From positions 161,869 through 225,868 of the forward strand of contig JAIFWP010000002.1 of the NCBI GenBank assembly GCA_019661785.1: DNA of 64,000 bases, given 5' to 3'. The DNA is from Candidatus Parcubacteria bacterium. GTDB lineage: Bacteria > Patescibacteriota > Minisyncoccia > Phycocordibacterales > Zambryskibacteraceae. Both the position numbers and the translations under genes were made by a program. Shown here piece by piece: positions 9,008 to 16,958 of this stretch. Within the stretch, counting starts at the first letter, position 1. Each line of letters begins with the position of its first letter. A model generated the notes under the pieces. It searched no databases and was not told the origin of the DNA. It worked only from the letters and a program-made list of their open reading frames with translations.

Positions 9008-9388
9008 ATGTTTTTGAAATTCAGGCTTAGGCGGGGGAGAAAGACTATACGGCGGAGGCCGGCGGGGAAGTATTTGAAGTATAAGGAGGAGGCGAGGGCG
9101 CTGGTGCGGGCGAGGCTCGAGTACTTTAATGCCGAGTATGGCTTCAAGTGGAATCGTATTGCCATTAAGGACCACAAGTCGCGATGGGGTAGCTGCTCCA
9201 AGAAGGGGAATCTGAACTTTAACTACCGCATAGCCCTCATAGCGCCTCACCTTGCCGACTATATAGTAGTGCACGAGCTCTGCCACTTGGGAGAGCTTAA
9301 CCATTTAGTCGAGCGCTCTATGCCAGACTGGCGTAAGAGGCGAGACGAACTGATGAAGATAGGAGCCAACACTGCAAGTTTGATTTGA
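9008..9388 (+). CDS. DUF45/YgjP-family zinc metallohydrolase, C-terminal half only (likely 5'-truncated)
   Basis: SRWGSCSKKGNLNFNYRIALIAPHLADYIVVHELCHLGELNH (HExxH) matches the DUF45 C-terminus. About 100 N-terminal residues of the family are absent. The gene sits 31 nt after the island's last gene. Confidence 0.5.
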   Translation: MFLKFRLRRGRKTIRRRPAGKYLKYKEEARALVRARLEYFNAEYGFKWNRIAIKDHKSRWGSCSKKGNLNFNYRIALIAPHLADYIVVHELCHLGELNHLVERSMPDWRKRRDELMKIGANTASLI

Positions 9389-9583
9389 CCCATACGTCAG
9401 TAGGAGGATGAAAGAGAGCAAGAGACAAGTCAGGAACAAGGATGTGGTAAAGAATCAGCGCATGGTACACCTTTCAATACCCCCGAGGATGGAAGGTGAT
9501 ACAAAGAGCACAAGGACTAGGTCGAAGAAGAAGCCGGGTGAGATACACAAGCCACGGAAGGGGAAGTAGGCTAAAATGTATCG

Positions 9584-9838
9584 ATGAATATATGGCTCAA
9601 GCGTGAGTGGTATGTGGCCATGCATGGACAGCCGAGGAGCTTCCGCACTAAGAAGTGGATTGTGATACTCGTAGTCGCCGCAGTCCTCTATAGACTTCGT
9701 GGATGGGGTTTGGTCTTGTGGGTCTTTGCCCCGCTTGGACTCATTGGCATTTGTGCGCACTTCTACCTCAGGCATAAGACAGGTGGCTGGAGGAGGGAGT
9801 GGAAGTTTGTGAAAGCAATCCCTACCCCGTACGACTAA
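9584..9838 (+). CDS. Small two-TM hypothetical protein
   Basis: ORF with hydrophobic helices. The competing antisense ORF looks like junk. Confidence 0.3.
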   Translation: MNIWLKREWYVAMHGQPRSFRTKKWIVILVVAAVLYRLRGWGLVLWVFAPLGLIGICAHFYLRHKTGGWRREWKFVKAIPTPYD

Positions 9839-9855
9839 TAAGCTACAACACCCCC

Positions 9856-10302
9856 ATGTCAGAATATAAATCACAGTACAAAAACATCTTTGTGAATTTG
9901 CCCGTGAAGGATATTGGGAAGACCAGAGACTTCTGGACTAAGCTCGGCTTTAACTTCAACCCGCAGTTTAGCGATGAGAGGAACCTGTGCCTCGTCATCC
10001 ATGACAACATCTTTGCCATGCTCCTTAGCGAGGACTTCTTTAAAGGTTTTACTAAGGTAGAGATTGCCGATCCGAGGAAGGCGAACGAGGCCATAGTAGC
10101 TCTCTCGGCCGAGAGCAGGGAAGACGCAGATGGGCTCTTCAATAAAGCCGTAGCCGCGGGTGGAGTAGAGACGCGCCCAGCTGAGGACATGGGGTGGATG
10201 TACGGCAGAGCCTTCCAGGACCTCGACGGACATCAATGGGAGGTTGTGTGGATGGACATGGCCAAGGCGCCAGCGCATCCGGGCGAGGCTACCAATAATT
10301 AA
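9856..10302 (+). CDS. VOC (glyoxalase/bleomycin-resistance fold) family protein
   Basis: Internal ATG (MSEYKSQYKNIFVNLPVKD...) chosen over the track start at 9799. Beta-alpha-beta-beta-beta VOC pattern. Confidence 0.65.
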   Translation: MSEYKSQYKNIFVNLPVKDIGKTRDFWTKLGFNFNPQFSDERNLCLVIHDNIFAMLLSEDFFKGFTKVEIADPRKANEAIVALSAESREDADGLFNKAVAAGGVETRPAEDMGWMYGRAFQDLDGHQWEVVWMDMAKAPAHPGEATNN

Positions 10303-10310
10303 ACAAATAT

Positions 10311-10709
10311 ATGAATAGAATAGTCCACTTCGAGATACAGGCCGATGAGACAGAGCGAGCGGCCAAGTTCTACCGAGACGTCTTCAGCTGGGAGATAGAG
10401 AAGTATCCTATGCCTGACATGGAGTACTGGGGCGTCATGACTGCGCCGAAGGACTCTAAAGAGCCAGGCATCAACGGCGGGCTCTTGAAGCGTCCATGCC
10501 CAGCGCCAGCGCTCGGCCAAGGATTGAACGCCATGGTCTGCACCATACAGGTCGACGACTTCGACGCATATGCTAAGAAGATACTCGCCGCCGGAGGCCA
10601 GGTGGCTATGCCCAAGTTCGCTCTCCCAGGCATGGCTTGGCAAGGCTACTTTATCGACACTGAGGGCAACACCTTTGGCCTGCATCAGGCAGATGCTGGC
10701 GCTAAGTAA
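10311..10709 (+). CDS. VOC family protein
   Basis: VHFEIQADETERAAKFYRDVFSWE... and C-terminal GNTFGL. Confidence 0.7.
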   Translation: MNRIVHFEIQADETERAAKFYRDVFSWEIEKYPMPDMEYWGVMTAPKDSKEPGINGGLLKRPCPAPALGQGLNAMVCTIQVDDFDAYAKKILAAGGQVAMPKFALPGMAWQGYFIDTEGNTFGLHQADAGAK

Positions 10710-10738
10710 AAGCAGAATAATTCTAAACTAATAAACTT

Positions 10739-11170
10739 ATGGCAAAACCAAATCCAGTTGTGCACTTCGAGATGGGCTATAACGATAAGGAGAGAGCGAA
10801 GAAGTTCTACAATACTGTCTTCGGCTGGCAGATGCAGGAGATGGGGCCCGACATGGGCGGCTACGTCGTCGCTCAGACGGCAGTGACGGATGAGAAGGGG
10901 ATGGTACAGACCCCAGGCAATATTAATGGGGGCTTCTACCAGAAGACAGCAGACCCAGGCTCGCATGCGCCATCGGTAGTCATAGCAGTGGACGACATCA
11001 AGCAGGCCATGAAGGATGTAGAGGCAGCAGGAGGCAAGATTGCTGGCGCTATGGGCGCTGACGGCAAGCCATCCATGGAGCCGATGATGATACCTGGCGT
11101 TGGACTCTGGATATCGTTCATCGATACAGAGGGCAACAGGACGAGTTTGCTACAGCCAGTACAGAAGTAG
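10739..11170 (+). CDS. VOC family protein
   Basis: VHFEMGYNDKERAKKFYNTVFGWQ... and C-terminal GNRTSL; paralog of the previous gene. Confidence 0.7.
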   Translation: MAKPNPVVHFEMGYNDKERAKKFYNTVFGWQMQEMGPDMGGYVVAQTAVTDEKGMVQTPGNINGGFYQKTADPGSHAPSVVIAVDDIKQAMKDVEAAGGKIAGAMGADGKPSMEPMMIPGVGLWISFIDTEGNRTSLLQPVQK

Positions 11171-11204
11171 ATACGCCACTCCTGTTGTGCTAAGGTGAGA
11201 GTAT

Positions 11205-11624
11205 ATGAACAAAATAATCATCGGCATCGTAGCGCTTGTCATTATTGGCGTAGGGGCTTGGTACTTCATTAGCCACAAGGGCAATGGGGAGCAGATTGGC
11301 GGAGCAGTGACATCTTCTGCACCAGAGACCAAGTACACCGACCCTAAGCAGGGAGAGGTGGCTGTGGTGGGTGCCTGGGACTGCCTCGTGCGAACGGACG
11401 GAAGCGAGACGACCAAGGATAACTGTCTCTTCAGCCTTAAGGGTGATGATGGCAAGGTCTACGCTCTCGACCTCTCGAAGGTGGAGGTGATAGGCAAGGG
11501 CTCAGACAAGGCCGCGAAGATACGAGCTGTCGGTACGCTTGGCAAGAGCTCGGAGAGCGACTTGTCAGGAATCTTCAATTACGACGCAGTCCTCGCAGTG
11601 CGCGTGATACAGAGCGCGGAGTAG
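11205..11624 (+). CDS. Membrane-anchored hypothetical protein
   Basis: N-terminal TM helix; AAGGTGAG RBS. Confidence 0.55.
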   Translation: MNKIIIGIVALVIIGVGAWYFISHKGNGEQIGGAVTSSAPETKYTDPKQGEVAVVGAWDCLVRTDGSETTKDNCLFSLKGDDGKVYALDLSKVEVIGKGSDKAAKIRAVGTLGKSSESDLSGIFNYDAVLAVRVIQSAE

Positions 11625-11640
11625 TCTTAAACAAATAGGT

Positions 11641-11681
11641 AATAAAAATGCCCCGTTCCGACTTAGGTCGGAACGGGGCAT
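11641..11681 (-). terminator. Intrinsic terminator: 15-bp perfect hairpin ATGCCCCGTTCCGAC/GTCGGAACGGGGCAT with a U-tract on the minus strand
   Basis: Immediately follows the TAA of the minus-strand gene 11696..11926. Confidence 0.7.
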
Positions 11682-11695
11682 TGCTTGTGCCCGTG

Positions 11696-11926
11696 TTAGA
11701 TGAGGAAGAAGTGGAGGCTGTCCACGCCCTCGTCGACGGGCGACCCGCGGAAGGTGTAGCTTCTCTTCTTGCCGTCGTATCCGAAGCACCATCCCTCGGC
11801 GAAGGTCTTCTTGCCCCAGGGGCCGCCGTCGCAGGAGCAGCAGTCGGCTTCAACTGGCTGGGTGAACGTGTAATGCTGGCCGATGACGAACGCGGTGTTC
11901 GTATCGGCTTCTGCTGTGCCGGTCAT
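11696..11926 (-). CDS. Small Cys-rich hypothetical protein (76 aa)
   Basis: Strong GC3 codon bias, terminator directly after the stop, CCSCDGG motif. Confidence 0.5.
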   Translation of the reverse strand: MTGTAEADTNTAFVIGQHYTFTQPVEADCCSCDGGPWGKKTFAEGWCFGYDGKKRSYTFRGSPVDEGVDSLHFFLI

Positions 11927-12038
11927 GAGGGTCTCACTGCTGAGGTTGACTTGGTCTACTAAGTATTATACACCTTTGCCTAGCTTTGTCAAGTACTGAT
12001 AGGGTAGGCAGAATCATATAGAAAAACCATGTTTCGCC

Positions 12039-12713
12039 TCAGTGGGCTATGGCTAGACAAAGGATTTTGCACGCGTCCGCAGAGCGGAGCGCGCGCCTAG
12101 CCTCGGCGAAAGTAGCTCCGGTGGTAGTGACATCATCGAGAAGGATTATATTCTTGCCCCTCACAAATTCGGGGCCTGCGACCGTCATAGAATTCTCAAG
12201 ATTCCGGAGTCTCAACTTTTTATTGACGGTCTTGGTCTGGCTCTCGGTATGGCTGTGCTTGGACAAGATGTTTGGCGAGTATTCAAATAAGTTTTCCACA
12301 TCAAGTTTTTTGATTTCCTCACACAGCACTTCGGTCTGGTTCCAGCCTCGCTCGCTCCGACGTTTGTCCGACATGGGCATGGGTACTAAGAGAGGCTCTA
12401 TGAAGTTGTCGAAGAGCGCTCGCTCGGCTAGCTCGTGGCACAGCACGTCGTATACGATAGTTGCGAGGGTCGAGGCTATCTTCACATTCTTCCTGTATTT
12501 GAGCTCCCAGACTAGGTCTCGCACACGAGGGTCAGTGTAGGAGAAGATGGCAATAGTGTCGGGCCCCACGTCGCCAAGGCTATGCGGGGCCGAAAGCCTC
12601 GTGACGAGTTCTCCAGGGGATAGGGTTTCCAATTCGAGAACTCCCAAGGCCTTCGGGAACAAAAAGTCCACAAAACCCTCAAATGTAGCCTTTAGACTCA
12701 TGTATAATGACAT
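12039..12713 (-). CDS. comF: ComF-family competence protein (phosphoribosyltransferase domain)
   Basis: C-terminal PRTase motif IILLDDVTTTGATFAEA. Confidence 0.8.
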   Translation of the reverse strand: MSLYMSLKATFEGFVDFLFPKALGVLELETLSPGELVTRLSAPHSLGDVGPDTIAIFSYTDPRVRDLVWELKYRKNVKIASTLATIVYDVLCHELAERALFDNFIEPLLVPMPMSDKRRSERGWNQTEVLCEEIKKLDVENLFEYSPNILSKHSHTESQTKTVNKKLRLRNLENSMTVAGPEFVRGKNIILLDDVTTTGATFAEARRALRSADACKILCLAIAH

Positions 12714-12716
12714 TAT

Positions 12717-13829
12717 ATGTCACTCTTTGGCTCCACTTTCGGCAACCTTTTTGGCAAGAAGGAGGTTCCGAGCGTACTCGGTGTGGACATCGGCTCCTCG
12801 GCTATAAAGATAGTCCAACTAAGGAAGAAGAACGGTCAAGCCGTGCTCGAGACCTACGGCGAGCTCGCTCTTGGTCCGTATGGCGCGTCCGCCATCGGCC
12901 AGTCGGTGCAATTGCCGACGGAGAAGATTATTGAAGCTCTCTCAGACCTTATGAAGGAGAAGGAGGTCAACGTCACAACGCGCCTCGCCGGACTCTCCAT
13001 ACCCTTCAGCTCCTCGCTCATGTCGGTCATCGAGCTCCCGGCAGTCTCCGACAAGCAGCTCGCGACCATGGTCCCTCTCGAGGCCCGCAAGTATATACCC
13101 GTACCGATAAACGAAGTCATGCTCGACTGGTCAGTTATCCCTAAGACCGACAGCAGAGACGATGACGCAGTCGCTGAAGGGATGCAAAAGAAGGTTGAGG
13201 TCCTCGTCGTCGCCATCCACAACGACACCATATCCAAGTACCAGCAGATTGTGGAGAAGACGGGTCTCCAGGCAGGCTTCTTCGAGATAGAGATATTCTC
13301 CACTATGCGCTCCGTAGTCGAGGAGAGTCTGACGCCAACTATGATAATGGACTTTGGCGCGGCGTCGACCAAGCTATACATCATTGAGCGCGGGGTTATC
13401 AAGTCATCGCACACTGTTAACCGCGGCTCGCAAGACATCACTGCGGCCATAGCGGGCTCACTCGGCATACCAGTAGAGCGAGCAGAGATGATGAAGCGCG
13501 AGGTCGGCGCAAGCGGCTCGGACCAAACATTGCGTCAGATTATTACTCTCGTCCTCGACTACATCTTTGCCGAGGCTAATCGCTCTCTCTTAGGATTTGA
13601 GAAGAAGTACAATAGGACAGTGGGCAAAGTAATACTCGTCGGCGGAGGAGCCTCGCTCAAGGGTCTAGCAGAGCTCGCCAAGAACGCCTTCAAGACCGAG
13701 GCCGTGCAAGGCAACCCCTTCGGCAAGCTATCGACCCCGGCATTTATAGAGAAGGTCCTCCGCGAGACTGGTCCTGAGTTCGCCGTCTGCATCGGCGCCG
13801 CTTTAAGGAAGCTCCAAGACGAAGGATAA
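12717..13829 (+). CDS. pilM: Type IV pilus assembly protein PilM (actin-like ATPase)
   Basis: N-terminus FGKKEVPSVLGVDIGSSAIKIVQL is typical of PilM; 370 aa. Confidence 0.85.
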   Translation: MSLFGSTFGNLFGKKEVPSVLGVDIGSSAIKIVQLRKKNGQAVLETYGELALGPYGASAIGQSVQLPTEKIIEALSDLMKEKEVNVTTRLAGLSIPFSSSLMSVIELPAVSDKQLATMVPLEARKYIPVPINEVMLDWSVIPKTDSRDDDAVAEGMQKKVEVLVVAIHNDTISKYQQIVEKTGLQAGFFEIEIFSTMRSVVEESLTPTMIMDFGAASTKLYIIERGVIKSSHTVNRGSQDITAAIAGSLGIPVERAEMMKREVGASGSDQTLRQIITLVLDYIFAEANRSLLGFEKKYNRTVGKVILVGGGASLKGLAELAKNAFKTEAVQGNPFGKLSTPAFIEKVLRETGPEFAVCIGAALRKLQDEG

Positions 13830-13834
13830 CTATT

Positions 13835-14743
13835 ATGCACTGGTTCTTTATTGCCCTGGCGGCACCGGCTTTGTGGAGTGTCTCAAACCATATTGATAAG
13901 TTTGTCATAAGCAACTATTTCTCAGGCAAGGGAGTTGGATCTCTTGTGCTTTTTACAGCTCTTGGCGGAAGTTTGGTGGCTATCCTTATAGCGATATTTA
14001 GTAATGCGTCCTTCAACCTCGGAAGCGCACATATTTTAGTCATTGCTCTAAGCGGGGCGATTCTCGTTGCTGCATTTATTCCGTATCTCCATGCGCTTGA
14101 GATTGATGAAGCCTCCTATGTTACAGCGCTCTTCCAGATGATTCCTGTGTTCGGCTATGTTTTAGCGTTTCTATTTTTAGGGGAGAATCTCAGTGTCGCT
14201 CAGACAATTGGTTCAGCCTTAATCATTGGGGCATCAATCTTCATGTCGCTCGACTTGTCTGAGCACATACGCATCAGGATGAAGCCGCTTCTTCTCATGA
14301 TGCTCTCGTCCTTGATGATATCCCTTAACGCTTTGTTGTTTAAAGTTATTGCTCTGGATGAGAGTTTCTGGGGCACGGCATTCTGGGAGTATGTAGGTGC
14401 CGGAGTGTTCGGCCTGTTGCTCTTCGTGCTGTACCCGCTCTACAGGACTCAATTTCTCGCAACTCTCACGCGAAGTCGCTTTACGGTTTTAGGGTTGAAC
14501 ACATTTTCTGAATGTTTGAACATCGGCGCGAAGTTGTTGGCCAACTTTGCGAGTCTCCTTGCTCCTCTTGCCCTCGTGTGGGTCGTCAACGGTTTCCAGC
14601 CGCTTATCGTATTTCTGTACGGAGTTATTCTCACATTATTCATACCGAAATGGGGGACTGAAAATCTCAGCGCTAAAGTAATTTTGCAAAAATTGACCGG
14701 GATGGCGGTCATCTTTGTCGGAGTGGCCTTGCTCTTCGCCTAG
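13835..14743 (+). CDS. DMT/EamA-like 10-TM transporter
   Basis: Ten predicted TM helices in two EamA-like halves. Confidence 0.6.
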   Translation: MHWFFIALAAPALWSVSNHIDKFVISNYFSGKGVGSLVLFTALGGSLVAILIAIFSNASFNLGSAHILVIALSGAILVAAFIPYLHALEIDEASYVTALFQMIPVFGYVLAFLFLGENLSVAQTIGSALIIGASIFMSLDLSEHIRIRMKPLLLMMLSSLMISLNALLFKVIALDESFWGTAFWEYVGAGVFGLLLFVLYPLYRTQFLATLTRSRFTVLGLNTFSECLNIGAKLLANFASLLAPLALVWVVNGFQPLIVFLYGVILTLFIPKWGTENLSAKVILQKLTGMAVIFVGVALLFA

Positions 14744-14858
14744 AGTGTAAATACTTTTGTGCCCGCAAGCTCCAAGACGAAGGTTGACAGGTGACTAACT
14801 AAGTGCTATTACATAAGCGGATTGTTTCATCTGGCAACTTCTCACTGGAGAGTGCGTA

Positions 14859-15389
14859 ATGCGTATCCGAAGCTTTTTGGGTTCAGCCGCGCTGGTTCTT
14901 CTCGCGGCAGCGGCCGAAGGGCAGGCATTGCCTGCGGGTGTCATACTTGGCGCTGCGCAGCGTAAGGCGCAGAAGATGGCTGAGGCCGCGCCTGTGCACA
15001 GGGATACCGTGGCTGTGAAGGGCGGTCTCATGCTCGTCTGCGATGTGCAGCAGGCTGTCATAGCCGTGACCGGGTATCAGTATGCGGACGGTTCCAAGAT
15101 TCTGGCGAGTGCGTCGGCGGGCATCACCTTCCTTCTCGTTGTGGACTCGGCCGGCAAGAGGCTCACTCTGCTCTCGCCCAAACCTATCCCCGTATGGAAG
15201 AATTCCGTGTACGCGGTGACTTATCATCCGCGAAGTGCAGTCGATCCGCTCGAGCTCATCGAGATATCGTCGCTCGTGTTTGATTTGAAAAGCCAAGGCA
15301 CCATCTTCGTCAATGGTATTTTGATGGGTGCCACGAGTATCGACGCAAAGGCCGATGCCATTATCCAGAAGGGAAGGTCTTGCCGTTAA
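14859..15389 (+). CDS. Secreted hypothetical protein (signal peptide); high-GC cassette gene
   Basis: GGAGAG RBS, signal peptide MRIRSFLGSAALVLLAAAA and visibly higher GC than its neighbors. Confidence 0.55.
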   Translation: MRIRSFLGSAALVLLAAAAEGQALPAGVILGAAQRKAQKMAEAAPVHRDTVAVKGGLMLVCDVQQAVIAVTGYQYADGSKILASASAGITFLLVVDSAGKRLTLLSPKPIPVWKNSVYAVTYHPRSAVDPLELIEISSLVFDLKSQGTIFVNGILMGATSIDAKADAIIQKGRSCR

Positions 15390-15399
15390 GTTCTCTGTA

Positions 15400-15431
15400 C
15401 CCGCCCCGATGAAAATCGGGGCGGTTCTTCA
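15400..15431 (+). terminator. Intrinsic terminator CCCGCCCCGAT-GAAAA-TCGGGGCGG plus a T-tract (copy 1)
   Basis: A GC-rich hairpin of at least 10 bp followed by TTCTTC. An identical copy sits at 16136. Confidence 0.7.
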
Positions 15432-15520
15432 TAAATTTGATTTCTTTTATCCAAAAGCGCATAGTCAGAGCGCGGGCGAAAGATAGTACCCCGTGTGTAC
15501 CTTTAGTATAGGAGCTGACC

Positions 15521-16132
15521 ATGTCTACAGGCATGCTCGGCAGGGTGTCGCTCTCTGACCTTCAGGGACCGATGAATGATTTGATGGAAAAGTTGGCGGG
15601 GCCAAATGGTCATCGGTGGCTGAGGGAACTGAACAGATTCCTCAGGCGGCAGGGGACCTGGACCTCGCTCTTGCCTCTCGTTGTCGAGTCCGATGGCAAC
15701 TCGGGAGAGGACTACATCCGCTATCTTGCGCGTAACTGGGAGCTTAACAATCACGCCAAGCAGGCGATTCTCTCACCTGAGTTTGTCGTCACCAGAGACG
15801 TGAAGTATGAGATTCAGCTTCTGATGCGCTCTGACTTCGACGTCTTGCCCACTAGCAAGAGTGTCTATCAGGTAGCGGCGGGGCGTGGCTACAAGCCTGC
15901 GCCGCTTGAAGTTGGCCCCCTGCTCAGGAGCATGATGAGGCGGAACGATTTCAAGAAGCTCGGCATCCAATGCATCGTCGTCATGCAGCCCGAGGAGATA
16001 CTGACGGCTCGGTTCTATATCGGTATGGACGATACCCTGAGCGTGGTCGCGCCGGGAGCTGAAAAGAGATGGTCCAACGATACTGCCTGGGCGTTCGTCG
16101 CTCCGGAAGAAGATGTGTACGTGCATGCGTAA
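15521..16132 (+). CDS. Hypothetical cytoplasmic protein (203 aa); high-GC cassette gene
   Basis: TAGGAG RBS and high GC; no family recognized. Confidence 0.55.
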   Translation: MSTGMLGRVSLSDLQGPMNDLMEKLAGPNGHRWLRELNRFLRRQGTWTSLLPLVVESDGNSGEDYIRYLARNWELNNHAKQAILSPEFVVTRDVKYEIQLLMRSDFDVLPTSKSVYQVAAGRGYKPAPLEVGPLLRSMMRRNDFKKLGIQCIVVMQPEEILTARFYIGMDDTLSVVAPGAEKRWSNDTAWAFVAPEEDVYVHA

Positions 16133-16135
16133 GCC

Positions 16136-16167
16136 CCCGCCCCGATGAAAATCGGGGCGGTTCTTTG
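16136..16167 (+). terminator. Intrinsic terminator, identical 30-nt copy of the 15400 element
   Basis: CCCGCCCCGATGAAAATCGGGGCGGTTCTT repeated exactly. Confidence 0.7.
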
Positions 16168-16222
16168 TATCTGTGTATATATAGATAGAAGTATTGGGGA
16201 ATCTCTTCTATAATTAAGCTAG

Positions 16223-16951
16223 ATGCAACCCCAGTTTCAATCATCATTCATCCCTAAAGGTCCGGTAGCTACTACTGGCACGGCCACTCGTGTCTCGCAA
16301 GGCGCAGACAGGAGCCTCCTTGGCACTCTAGCTGTCCTTGTTTTCGTTATATCGGTAGTCCTCTCCGTTGGCGTCTTCGGCTATGAGAAGTATCTTGACT
16401 CGCGCATCAACGCCATGAACGGCGACCTCGCCGCCGCCCGCGCGACGCTTAAGCCAGAAGTCATCACGGACATCTCCCGCCTCGACCAGCGACTCGTAGC
16501 AACGCAGGTGCTCCTCAATAAGCACATCGTCCTCTCGCCACTCTTCGACTACCTTGAGAACGCCACCTTGAAGGGTGTGCGCTTCACCGAGTTCCAATAT
16601 CTCACTACAGAACAGGGCCTCACTCTCAACATGCGCGGAGAGGCTAAGGGATACGCGGCAGTCTCCTTGCAGGCACAGGTCTTCAACAAGAGCCCTTACA
16701 TGAAGCAGCCTATCTTCTCTGACCTCGACCTCGACGACAAGGGCAATGTGACCTTCTCCTTCAAGGTGAAGCTCGACCCAAGCATCGTCTCGTACAAGAA
16801 GCTCGTTAACGATGTGCCTGCTGTCACACAAGTGCTCGTACCTGTCTCTCAGCCAGTGACAACTGTTGCGACTACGACTACCGATAAGACAACACAGAAG
16901 CAGACAGCCGCTTCGACCACAGCTTCAACAACGAAGAAGACAAGCCAATAG
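16223..16951 (+). CDS. pilN: PilN-like type IV pilus assembly protein (TM plus coiled coil plus Thr-rich tail)
   Basis: Single TM helix followed by a periplasmic domain; lies between pilM and pilO. Confidence 0.6.
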   Translation: MQPQFQSSFIPKGPVATTGTATRVSQGADRSLLGTLAVLVFVISVVLSVGVFGYEKYLDSRINAMNGDLAAARATLKPEVITDISRLDQRLVATQVLLNKHIVLSPLFDYLENATLKGVRFTEFQYLTTEQGLTLNMRGEAKGYAAVSLQAQVFNKSPYMKQPIFSDLDLDDKGNVTFSFKVKLDPSIVSYKKLVNDVPAVTQVLVPVSQPVTTVATTTTDKTTQKQTAASTTASTTKKTSQ

Positions 16952-16958
16952 AAAACGT

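Noticed and set aside
11648-11962. Plus-strand ORF of 104 aa
   Set aside because: It starts inside the terminator hairpin and runs antisense to a GC3-biased minus-strand gene that is followed by a correctly oriented U-tract terminator.
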